Source of the DNA: Andalucia godoyi And28
Lineage: Eukaryota > Protista > Jakobida
Assembly: GCA_009859145.1 (NCBI GenBank)
Contig: VRVR01000009.1
Span: 148,253 to 212,252, forward strand
DNA: 64,000 nucleotides
Direction: 5' to 3'
Shown here: positions 31,216 through 40,544 of the stretch, piece after piece
Numbering within the stretch: position 1 is the first letter of the stretch
Layout of the letters: every line of letters starts with the position of its first letter
Notes under the pieces: model-generated
Told to the model about the DNA's origin: nothing
What the model saw: the letters and a program-made list of their open reading frames with translations, nothing else
Database searches by the model: none
Position numbers and translations under genes: made by a program

Positions 31216-31281
31216 AAGAAGAAGAAGAAGAAGAAGAAGAAGAAGAAGAAGAAGAAGAAGAAGAAGAAGAAGAAGAAGAAG
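31216..31281 (+). repeat. (AAG)n microsatellite, about 22 units
   Basis: Read directly from sequence. Confidence 0.98.
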
Positions 31282-31308
31282 ACAAACACGGCAAAAGACT
31301 GTGAAGGC

Positions 31309-32340
31309 ATGGATCCCCAAGCCTCGATATATTTTAATGAAATCGAGTACGTTGTGCGAAAGCGGACACAACACTTGTCTTATCTGAAGCGGTTGTTTTC
31401 TCTGCACTCATCACCCGTCGGCGCGCCGATCTTCTGGATGAATTCTTGTCGCATCACCCCTTCGCTCCTTGACTCGCTGGTTCGGTCACACGCGCTGTCT
31501 CGAAAATGGCCCGTTTGGCATGTTATGGGGATTTCGCTGGGCGATTTGCTTACGGATTCTCGAATGTCCGATGTATCCTCGCTGTCTTTTCTGCGTGCTT
31601 GCGTCTTGATCTGCGAAGAAGCAGAGTTTCACATTGCTGGCTCGCTGTCCCAAAACTTCAAGACACTACGTGCGTCTGTTCTGGATGCCACTTCGTCGGT
31701 TTCGGCGTCGGTTTCCAACGCCTTCTCTGACTCGACGGAGGTGACACGCGCGTCGTCCAATTCCAATGCTGCTCCGTTCCAATCGCCTTCCGGATCAGAA
31801 TGGAAAGCCAAGCTGCAAAAAGCAAATGGACAAGTTGTCTATTCTGTGCTGAAGGCTCATCATGTGCCGTACTCCACGTCTCCGTTCGAGGCGATCTTGT
31901 CTTTGTGCGATGTGTTATTGCTGACGTATCGAAGATTTCTAGACGATGCATCGGCCGCATTTGAAGACAGCGTGCGAGGTATAGAGACAATCGAGTGGAT
32001 GCACCGAGTCGTCGTGTTTCGACTGGACAAATTTTACAAACATCATTTCTTCGGTCTGGTTTCTCGGGAAATTACGCGAACTGTTCTGGCGCCGTCTCCC
32101 ATTTGTGGGTTCAACAAGCAGAAAATAGCGGGAGATGAGACGATGGCCGAATTGCTTGCGTCGCCGCAGTCCGCGTTCGACTCTGGGTGGGGTTTCAAGA
32201 CGGATTTGCGTCTCATCACACATGTTGCGGAGCGAGTGTGTCTCGGTGAATCCGTCGACGCTGCATATGCGGCCGTTTCTGGAGCAGAAGTTGTCACCCA
32301 TTCGATTGACGGTGACCTTTCTGGCTCAGACGATGATTGA
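31309..32340 (+). CDS. Conserved hypothetical protein resembling the fungal YKL075C/Aan1-type family; start could extend to 31114
   Basis: VVRKRTQHLSYLKR...FWMN, MGISLGDLL...FLRACVLICEE and FEAILSLCDVLLLTYRRF resemble that family as recalled; not searched. Confidence 0.5.
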   Translation: MDPQASIYFNEIEYVVRKRTQHLSYLKRLFSLHSSPVGAPIFWMNSCRITPSLLDSLVRSHALSRKWPVWHVMGISLGDLLTDSRMSDVSSLSFLRACVLICEEAEFHIAGSLSQNFKTLRASVLDATSSVSASVSNAFSDSTEVTRASSNSNAAPFQSPSGSEWKAKLQKANGQVVYSVLKAHHVPYSTSPFEAILSLCDVLLLTYRRFLDDASAAFEDSVRGIETIEWMHRVVVFRLDKFYKHHFFGLVSREITRTVLAPSPICGFNKQKIAGDETMAELLASPQSAFDSGWGFKTDLRLITHVAERVCLGESVDAAYAAVSGAEVVTHSIDGDLSGSDDD

Positions 32341-32679
32341 AGCGCGGATGCAGATTCGCCGTTTATAATTTGATATTTTAATTTTTCCCCGGGCATGTTT
32401 TGATCTTGGTTGTCATGGAGGGATGGAGGGATGGAGGAAAAAACGAATATGCTTGCAGTTTAACCAGTTCGGTCTGACGCCTCCTCCTTCGTAGAGGGCT
32501 CTGGATTTGTAAGTGTTGCTGCGAACCGATGGTCCGCAGAACTTTCATGGCTGTCGAATTTGCGTGCCGCATCATGATAAAGAGAAATCAACATCACATT
32601 TTTAAAACGCGCAACTTAATGCACGGAGGAAGGCGGGCGGGGGAGAATTTAATTTTTGTTTTGCTGAGACGCACCAACT

Positions 32680-34644
32680 TCAATTTCGAGAAGGCTCATC
32701 GAAGCGGAATCGTTTGGGAGCTGGCTGACGGACATTGAACGTTGAAGCACTTGCGTGCTGAAGTGGGTCGAACTGAAAATCATCTGTACCCGACCGACCG
32801 AACGGTGTTGCACTGTGTTGTGGACCAGACTGAAGAGACCCCGCCGCTGATGACGACAATGATGAGGACGAGCTGGAGGAAGCGTCATTTCCAATTGGCA
32901 AGTCTCCAAATGAAAAGAAATCCGGAAATTCAGACGTGCTCTGATTTCTGGGAAGACCCGAGAATGCATTGCCGTTCTGAGCAGACACGGAGAACGAGTG
33001 GGCCAGGTCGCTGGAGAAGGAGTCAAATTCTACAGGAATATGAATATCTGAGAGCAAGAATGAAGGACGAACAGCGGCGGTCTCTTCAGACTGTGCAGCG
33101 TTTGGTTCGATGGCTTTCCTCCACAGACGCCAGAACATCTCGGTGTACTTACCGACCTCCGAGGAATCAAAGTACCACTTTGCGTCCATTTTGTAGTCCT
33201 TTTCAAACTTGAATCTCTCGTTCAACTCCAAACGCTGGCAAAACGCATTGTCAATGATCATTGTGTCCTTCAGGCATTCGTTGTCTTCGGTGTCCAAATC
33301 TTCCGGCACAACAAAACGAATGAGGATGCCATTGCAACTCATCTCTCGAGCAACCGTCTCGAGCGCAAACTTCTTTTGATCATCCATGAATTCTGCTTTC
33401 GGAATGACCCATATTCTTTTGATGTTCACGCCTTCTCGGACCAACGCAACTTCGGCATCAAACAACGATTTGGCGTTTTGCAGGCTCTCGGTGATCTGTT
33501 CAGAGTTCTTGAGCAGTTCCACAGCGGTCTGAGCTGGGGAATCTGACTGAATGGCCAATATCTGCTGGATGCACGTTGCTGCTTTCATCGCACCGTCAAA
33601 TCGGAAGCGGCGTCTCTTATAAGACCTGTGCACCAACTCTTGGGTCACATGGATCTTTCCAACATCCGTGATGGTTTCGGTACATCGATCAATGGCCTGC
33701 TCCAAAGCAATCAAATGCGGCAGCGTGGACTTGCAAGATTTGTAAGACTGCGAGAGTGCATCGTAAAACGCCTTCAATCTTCTTACCATGGTCACTTCGG
33801 CTTGTGCACGCAAACGAGATTCTCTGGGAGCCGTCGACGACAAGGAAAAATCCGTCAACGTACCAAACGACGATGACGACGTCGACCCACCCAGTTCCTG
33901 TGACGAAACATGCAGCGGTTGTTGTTGTTGTTGTTGCTGCTGCTGCTGCGGTTGCTGTTGCTGTTGCGATTGTTGCTGCTGTTGCATCTGATAATTGTGC
34001 ATCATTGCTCTCGCAGCAGTCGCACATCTTGAACGCGCAGCATGCAACAGGGATTCGATCTGTCGATGTTGCATGCTCAGCAGATTGACGTCCGTTTCAG
34101 AATCCATTCTCGTTGCAACAGCATTCAGCAAATCTGCAACGTCATACTCTCGTGCTAACCGTGTAATTCTGTTCAGAACCTCGATGTGGACCGTAGGCTT
34201 GTTCGAAGTATTCGTTTTCGCATCTCGGAATCCCATGTGAATTGACACTTTGAAATCGTGGTTCTCCACAGATACCGAGTATCTGAGCCCGTCTGTCCGC
34301 GGGCACTTGAGGGACCCCACGTCAGAAACAAACAGCAAGGGAGTTCGCGTCGAGCAGCGCGTTTCAAACTTTCGAAGTTCTTCGGGATCGATTTTCACTG
34401 CGCCGTGATCCGTAACGTGAATGTGCCAAAATGTGACCCTTGCTCTGTGGACAGGCACAATGAGAAGCTTCAGAGTCGGAGCACTCGTTGGAAGATACCC
34501 GCCATAGTCTCCAAACGAAGGAGGAACAAGCACATCAAAACATCCTCGGTATTCATCGGCTTGGGGAATCACAGAAGCAAAACGCAGCGCGGGAATTTCG
34601 GAATCCGGAATTTCCGACACGGAACACTCTGTCTTGTTGCTCAT
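32680..34644 (-). CDS. Uncharacterised 654-aa polyQ protein with a bacterial-like PLD-fold (DUF6879-like) domain and a C-terminal NLS-like motif
   Basis: Long clean ORF with a polyQ tract. GVNIKRIWV...GILIRFV...DTMIID...YTEMFWRLWRKA pattern and PAPKRFRF at the C-terminus. Confidence 0.7.
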   Translation of the reverse strand: MSNKTECSVSEIPDSEIPALRFASVIPQADEYRGCFDVLVPPSFGDYGGYLPTSAPTLKLLIVPVHRARVTFWHIHVTDHGAVKIDPEELRKFETRCSTRTPLLFVSDVGSLKCPRTDGLRYSVSVENHDFKVSIHMGFRDAKTNTSNKPTVHIEVLNRITRLAREYDVADLLNAVATRMDSETDVNLLSMQHRQIESLLHAARSRCATAARAMMHNYQMQQQQQSQQQQQPQQQQQQQQQQPLHVSSQELGGSTSSSSFGTLTDFSLSSTAPRESRLRAQAEVTMVRRLKAFYDALSQSYKSCKSTLPHLIALEQAIDRCTETITDVGKIHVTQELVHRSYKRRRFRFDGAMKAATCIQQILAIQSDSPAQTAVELLKNSEQITESLQNAKSLFDAEVALVREGVNIKRIWVIPKAEFMDDQKKFALETVAREMSCNGILIRFVVPEDLDTEDNECLKDTMIIDNAFCQRLELNERFKFEKDYKMDAKWYFDSSEVGKYTEMFWRLWRKAIEPNAAQSEETAAVRPSFLLSDIHIPVEFDSFSSDLAHSFSVSAQNGNAFSGLPRNQSTSEFPDFFSFGDLPIGNDASSSSSSSLSSSAAGSLQSGPQHSATPFGRSGTDDFQFDPLQHASASTFNVRQPAPKRFRFDEPSRN

Positions 34645-34740
34645 GAAACCTCAAAACAAAATGAAAAAAAAGAAAGGAAAATGATTATATCGAGCACACA
34701 CGCGTCACACCCACACACACCCACACACACACACTCACTC

Positions 34741-34744
<4 letters not shown>

Positions 34745-34778
<34 letters not shown>
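34745..34778 (+). repeat. (CT)n microsatellite
   Basis: Read directly from sequence. Confidence 0.95.
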
Positions 34779-34781
<3 letters not shown>

Positions 34782-35443
34782 ATACACTCACACGCACATA
34801 CGAAATATAAAAAGAAATCTAATCTCACTTTTCATCTGGAAAAATAACCCAAATCCCCTTTTCCTTTGGCTCATATTGTGGGAACCGAAATGCAAATGGT
34901 GCAAACAGAGAGGACGGAAAAAGAAAAGGGCCACCCCATATCTACAGGCGCGCAATTCTTGAGAGGGGGTCGGTTACGGCAGGCTAGACGAAATGCTTTT
35001 TTTTTTTTTTGACAGCCTGTTCATTCTAGAGCTCATGAGGCCTACATGTCCGCTGCCGTTTTTTCGATTGCAGCTATTGGCAATGTGGCAGATGATTCCT
35101 CATCTGCATGTTTTTTTGTTTGTTTTTTGGAAGAGATAATGAGCAAGCCGAGAGGGACAAAACACAACGAAAAAACAAGAAATAAATAAGAGCTGTCGAT
35201 TGGCGTCAGCCACTGCATATCAGCCTTGAACCGCTGCGTTTGCTTGCATCTGCGTAGAAGCAGCGAGTCGCTGTTTGAACTGTCGTGGTGACTTGTGAGC
35301 GGTGGGTGGTGGTTTTGCGAGATCTTTTGTCATCGGAGAGGAGACGGGGAAAATGCCAGTTTGAAAGAGCAAAGGGAGGGCTTCGCAACGATGTTCATTT
35401 GTCGTCTTGTTTCTTTTCCGTTTTTTTTTTTTTTGACGCGCGC

Positions 35444-35494
<51 letters not shown>

Positions 35495-35506
35495 TGTGTG
35501 TGTGTG
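35444..35506 (+). repeat. Compound (TG)n(AG)n(TG)n microsatellite
   Basis: Read directly from sequence. Confidence 0.95.
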
Positions 35507-35638
35507 AGTGAGTAAGTGAGAGTAAGTGAGAGTGAGTGAGGAGTGAGTTTGTTTTTGCTGTTCTCCTTACATCATCAACTCTTTTGTTTGCATTTGCTCA
35601 ATCAAGCATTCTGCTTGCTTGTACCCTGTTGAAGAAGA

Positions 35639-38600
35639 ATGGCAACGACAGCCGAGTCTCCCGTTCAACCTGCGCATGAATACTCTCCGTCGATTTCTGA
35701 TTTTGATGAGGAAGAGCACCGCGAGAGCTCCTTGTTTCTTCAGAACGGCGGTGGGAACTACGCTGGATCTGATGCTGGAAACGGCTCCGCAAGTCAAAAC
35801 ATATCCAAACCGCCGTCGTTTGCGGACTTTGCAGTTCAGTCCGGTGCGCTTCCTGATTGGAAACAGCTGTCTGCGCCCATTTCTCCGAACATCATGATGC
35901 CCTTGGAGCCGGCTTCTGCGTCCTCTTCTGGTGCTTCGTGTTCTGCCGAACTGCAAAGTCGTTCGTCGTCGTTCGTTGGTGCGTCCGATTACGATTCCAG
36001 ATCTCCAAAGCAAAGCTATGGCTCGTCGCAGCAGCAGAAGAGACCGACGACGGCGAATGACTTGACGCTTTCACAGTCACGAGCGCTCCGAGACTCGTAT
36101 CCTGGCCATCAGACATTGTCGCCCTCCTCGTCTCCCAAGAGTTCTGCAGCGGCGAGGCGAACCGGAAAGCCAACATCCATCGACGTTGCCTCTTCATCAC
36201 CCGCTGGCGCGTCGTCCAATTCTTCGAGAAGATCACCGGTTGGAAGTCCACTGTTGCAGAGAAAATCGTCGGCATATAGCTCCACGAGTACTGCAGCAGA
36301 AAGCACAAAATCAGATGCTTGTTCGTCGTACTCCCCAATGTCGCCGCAACGCCGAGCAGAGATCCATCAGCGATATACAAAGCTGAGTTCGTCCCCGAAG
36401 CACCTGCAGCCAGGATCGCTGAACCCGCGTGCATCTTCGGATGTCTCAAGACCCACCAAGATGATCCCCGTGCGCTCTGCCTGCGGTTCATTTCAATCGT
36501 ACTATGCCCACTTGCAGTCCTTGGGAAGATCCATGACGGATGACGCCCGCAAGGCACTTCATCGGCACATTGCCATGGATGCAAAGTGGGATTCTTCTGT
36601 TGTGGTCCCCCGTTTTTTCCACTGTGCATTGATGTGCACCACCGGTATCCGGGAAAATATTTCGAGCTGTGGACTGGTGTATGATTCCACATTCCAAATG
36701 ACAGCGACAGAGAAGGCGCGGGAACTTTCTGCACGATCTCCGACTGCCGAGGAGAAGAGACCGCGGTTGAATCGAAGTGACACAATGGCGCTGATGCAGT
36801 ACAACAATGTTCCACAGTTCTTGACAATTGTTTCTGATGCTTCTTCGTTGACCGCCCGCAACATTGAGAAGTCCGGTGTCCTGTCCCTGACTGTATGCTC
36901 GGCCGCCCATTTGCTGGTCTACAAGTTGTGCCTTGATTACCCAGGATCGAAAATCGACAAGGCTGCCGTTATCCGCGAACTTGGATATCACACGTTTATG
37001 GGCGCTGCTGTCCGCGTTCCGGTGCTGGAGGGCGGTGTACAATCCATGGAATGTGAGGTTGTTCAATCTGTGCCTCCTGCGAACGGGGACAAGACAATCA
37101 TGTTCCTTGTGCGTGTCGTTGCATTCACCCCGGCTTCGAGTCGTGTGGAACCGCTCTTTTGCGGAAGGGGTCTTTTCTTTTCGGATCGCATGGGAACCAA
37201 GGTCCCCTTCATGTCCAAAGGTTTCATGAGATTTGTACACGATATCCTTGCGCAGCATCGTGTTGATGGGGTGTTCCTGTCGGATGAGAAGCCGATTGCT
37301 GTCGTTGAACCGCAAAAGTTGCAGGATGTCGGATCTTCAGAAAGGCGCGTCAAGTTCTCGGATGATGAAGGGACTGGTGAAGGAATGCGCCGTACCGCAA
37401 GTCTGCGGAAAGACAAGACTTCGGAAGAGCACAAGTCGTATTCGGACGCCAAGCACCTTGGAGAGCAGCGTGGACAGCGAGAGCGGCACGAAAACATGCG
37501 CCAGGTGTTTCAGGATTCCATTCGACGGCAGTCGTTAGCGAACAACTCGCTTGCTCGCGCACTCAGCAGTCAATCCCTCCTGACGTTGCCTGCATTTCAT
37601 GACACGGCGTCATCCGATCGTGGAAGTACGATGACCTCGGAAACAGATGGTGGATATGTGATTGTGGATGATGTGGATGGGACAATGGCGAAGCTTGCCA
37701 TCCGAAATGGAGACGGCGATGAACACTACTTGCATCCTTCTGAAATATGCCAGTCTGCTTCCGTGATTGATCGATTGCGACACCGGAAAACAGTATCCAT
37801 CAACAAAGAGTTCTTGTCAGTCGACTTGGAATGGTCGCACTGCAGTCCGAAACCCGACGGCCATTCTGGAGTGGTCTCTTCTGTTAATTTCAATCCGGAA
37901 GACCAGATATTCCTAGCGTCTGCTGGCACGGATGAAACGGTCAAGCTGTGGAACATATCGAAGCACGATGGAGTGCTGCTCCGGACAATGACTGGGCATC
38001 GCGGCGCGATCCGCCAGTGCCAATTCCACCCCACGGGCATGTATCTCGCGTCGACATCGGACGATGGAGCAATCGGCATCTGGAGCATGCAAGGCCGGAA
38101 CGAGATGATGAAGTCTTGGATGGAGCTGGCAGATGAGCCGCAGCGATGTCTGAGCTTCAATGTGGATGGAACTCATCTTGCGACTGCCGGGTACAAACGA
38201 GCCCATATCTGGGACGCTGAACGGGGCCAGGTTATCACCTCGTTCGATGCCCATGCGCTTCAAGTGTATGGAATTCACTTCCATCCGACGTTCAACGTCG
38301 CCGTTACGTGCGGTGATGATCATGCAGTGAAAGTGTGGGATCTTGATTCCGGGAAGTGCGTGCATCGATTTGAAGGCCATCGTTCCTGGGTCCACTCCGC
38401 ACGCTTTTCGGAAGATGGAATGCTCCTGGGTTCCGCTTCCAATGATACGACTGTCCAGGTTCGCGACTGGAGAGTCAACACAACTCTGTTTTCGCTTACG
38501 CAACACAGAGCTCCGGTTACGTGCGTAGACTTTGGCGGCGGCTTTGTGTTTTCTGGATGCCGCGATACGTGTGTGCGCGTCTTCAGTGCTTCTACGGGCG

Positions 38601-38746
38601 ACATGGTGCTCGATTTTGCGGCACATTCCGGCAGCATCTTCTCAATGGCTTATGCCTCCAATCTTGGTTTGCTTGCCACCTCCGGAAGTGATGGTTTCGT
38701 GCGTTTATGGAACATGCGCTGGAAGAAATTGAAGAACGCTATCTAA
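35639..38746 (+). CDS. Protein with a Ser-rich N-terminus, a flavin-reductase-like split-barrel domain and a C-terminal WD40 propeller
   Basis: SLTARNIEKSGVLSLTV...IDK...PVLEGGVQSMECEVV...FLVRVV matches the Flavin_Reduct pattern. WD40 repeats include GHSGVVSSVNF, GHRGAIRQCQFHP, GHRSWVHSARFS and AHSGSIFSMAY. Confidence 0.82.
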   Translation: MATTAESPVQPAHEYSPSISDFDEEEHRESSLFLQNGGGNYAGSDAGNGSASQNISKPPSFADFAVQSGALPDWKQLSAPISPNIMMPLEPASASSSGASCSAELQSRSSSFVGASDYDSRSPKQSYGSSQQQKRPTTANDLTLSQSRALRDSYPGHQTLSPSSSPKSSAAARRTGKPTSIDVASSSPAGASSNSSRRSPVGSPLLQRKSSAYSSTSTAAESTKSDACSSYSPMSPQRRAEIHQRYTKLSSSPKHLQPGSLNPRASSDVSRPTKMIPVRSACGSFQSYYAHLQSLGRSMTDDARKALHRHIAMDAKWDSSVVVPRFFHCALMCTTGIRENISSCGLVYDSTFQMTATEKARELSARSPTAEEKRPRLNRSDTMALMQYNNVPQFLTIVSDASSLTARNIEKSGVLSLTVCSAAHLLVYKLCLDYPGSKIDKAAVIRELGYHTFMGAAVRVPVLEGGVQSMECEVVQSVPPANGDKTIMFLVRVVAFTPASSRVEPLFCGRGLFFSDRMGTKVPFMSKGFMRFVHDILAQHRVDGVFLSDEKPIAVVEPQKLQDVGSSERRVKFSDDEGTGEGMRRTASLRKDKTSEEHKSYSDAKHLGEQRGQRERHENMRQVFQDSIRRQSLANNSLARALSSQSLLTLPAFHDTASSDRGSTMTSETDGGYVIVDDVDGTMAKLAIRNGDGDEHYLHPSEICQSASVIDRLRHRKTVSINKEFLSVDLEWSHCSPKPDGHSGVVSSVNFNPEDQIFLASAGTDETVKLWNISKHDGVLLRTMTGHRGAIRQCQFHPTGMYLASTSDDGAIGIWSMQGRNEMMKSWMELADEPQRCLSFNVDGTHLATAGYKRAHIWDAERGQVITSFDAHALQVYGIHFHPTFNVAVTCGDDHAVKVWDLDSGKCVHRFEGHRSWVHSARFSEDGMLLGSASNDTTVQVRDWRVNTTLFSLTQHRAPVTCVDFGGGFVFSGCRDTCVRVFSASTGDMVLDFAAHSGSIFSMAYASNLGLLATSGSDGFVRLWNMRWKKLKNAI

Positions 38747-38996
38747 TGCTTACGAATTTTTGAGTTTTCAATTTTGAATCTGTTCACCGTTGCTGTTTAT
38801 AGTAGATCCCAATTGTTTCGTGTCAGCCCTTCATCGTTCGTGTACTAGAGTGCCGATCATGAGCAAGAGCATTACGCCTGAACTCTTTCGATAATATTGA
38901 ATGTTGTAAAACTGTGTTTTGTTTCAGTTTTTCCGGCGGGGGAGGAGGGGACGCATCTCGTCTTGTCCGTTGTGCTGTCATTTGTGCTGGTTGCTG

Positions 38997-39331
38997 TCGC
39001 ACTGCACTGTTTCGCACAAAGGCGACAACAAAGCAACATGCATGAACGAACGTAAAAAACAGCAGGCATTCGAAATAAGAATCCGGATTTTTGTTCGCTG
39101 AGCAACCCAAGGCTCGAGGCTGTGTATGTGAAATGCTCCAAATTGTTCAGGCGCTATGCCGGATTGATCGCAATTGGAATGGCGCGCGCAAAAACATTTA
39201 TCTGAAGAACGCCGGCAAAGCGTGTTAGGGCCTATCCCCCCCTCCCGTCCATGGCGACAGGGCTCGGGTTGCAACATTTGATTACGGCATGACTAGCGAT
39301 CGTCATGCATACTCAGTGTACAATGTAGGCG
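38997..39331 (+). mobile_element. Internally deleted Fanzor2 remnant (copy 2) with omega-RNA-like end (about 39207-39331)
   Basis: Frameshifted KCSKLFR / IDRNWNGARKNIYLKNA. The N-terminal patch TCGCACTGCACTGTTTCGCA...AAGGCGACAAC is shared with copy 1. Ends in CAGTGTACAATGTAGGCG. Confidence 0.8.
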
Positions 39332-39606
39332 TTGGCAACTTTTCTTTCTTTCGTTTTAGCTAAAATGCTTGAAACTCTGACGTAGGGTTTTCGGCCATCC
39401 GGATAGAACTAAATAAAAACCAGCTTCCGTCTTTCTTCTTTTATGTTCTTATGTCGCATTGGTTGAGTTGTCATTGTCCACAATTCGGATTTGTTGAAAC
39501 GTTGCCGTTACAATAGTACCAACTAGAAACCAATTCGTATTGGATTTCAGCGTGTCCCGTAGAAAAACGTGCGTAGTCCACAAGAGCCTTCTTTTTCTCA
39601 TTTCTG

Positions 39607-40070
39607 CGCCTACACTATACACTGAACATGCGTATCTATGAACAGACATGCATCTTCAATCTTGCATCCCGTTGCCGCGAAGGGGATAGGCCCCAACACG
39701 CCTCACGGCGTTCTTCAGATAGATGTTCCGCGCTCCGTTCCCAATCTCGATCAATCTGCGAGCTACACGCGGGACATGCAAACACTTTTTTGCTGCCGCC
39801 TCGACGTGCATGGATCTCACCGCAGCGCCCGCACGATTTGGACGTGCACTCCTCCGCCGCTTTCTCAGCGTGACACGTTGCTCCTGAGAAGGGTGCATTT
39901 TGATTCTGACGGCCCTAGCAGCAGGCGCTTTCGTGTCCTCAGTTGCAGCGATTGGTGCAGCTGGAGATACGAGAGGAAGAGGCGGTAGGCGTAGTGACAC
40001 GTGGTCTCTTAGGAGGTCTGCGGGACCTAGGAGGCCCTGCATCGAGCGGCGTAGGCGTAGGCGAATGCAT
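39607..40070 (-). mobile_element. Internally deleted Fanzor2 remnant (copy 3) with omega-RNA-like end (about 39713-39607); left boundary uncertain
   Basis: RAVRIKMHPSQEQRVTLRK (TnpB N-terminal motif) is joined to EECTSKSCGRCGEIHARRGGSKKVFACPACSSQIDRDW / NGARNIYLKNA (zinc finger and RuvC-III, frameshifted). Ends in CAGTGTATAGTGTAGGCG. Confidence 0.88.
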
Positions 40071-40544
40071 CATCCCAGCGCACTCACGCCCATATTTGAA
40101 TAAAAACGTGAAACCAAAAAACAAACCAACGAATGACAGAATAGATGGCTACAGATGGTGCGTTAAAGAGTATCGAAAATGCGGAGCCTGTGTCACCGGC
40201 TGAATTCTGGCCGAGCGTGCGTAAGCACGAATTCCTATGAAACAAACGTGCTTCTGTCGGCCAGTATTGACTGTGTCTGTTTATGCATACTTCCGTATGC
40301 ATGACAATGACGTGTCATTATTCAGCGGTGCTCCGCGAATCTTCGCTTTCCCGCTTTGCGTACACATATTTTCCCTTCATTGGTCTTTGAGCACTGCGAC
40401 ATGTTGCTTACGCTGGCTTGTTTTTTCTTCCCATTTTATTGTAAAGATTCATACACTGCAGAAACAAAAGGAGAAAAGAAGAAAAAGAAAGAAAGAAGGG
40501 ATTTGAGCAGCGTTTTGTTTTGAAAGCGTGCATTTGACGACAAT

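Noticed and set aside
35038-35110. CAGCGGACATGTAGGCC (minus strand) plus a perfect 8-bp hairpin, resembling a fourth Fanzor end
   Set aside because: The spacing is wrong, and there is no GGG-CCTAY-CCC pseudoknot hairpin or NGARNI remnant upstream.
5116-39713. Repeat plus variable flank pattern as a CRISPR array
   Set aside because: The copies are dispersed element ends with nuclease remnants, not tandem repeat-spacer units, and there are no cas genes.
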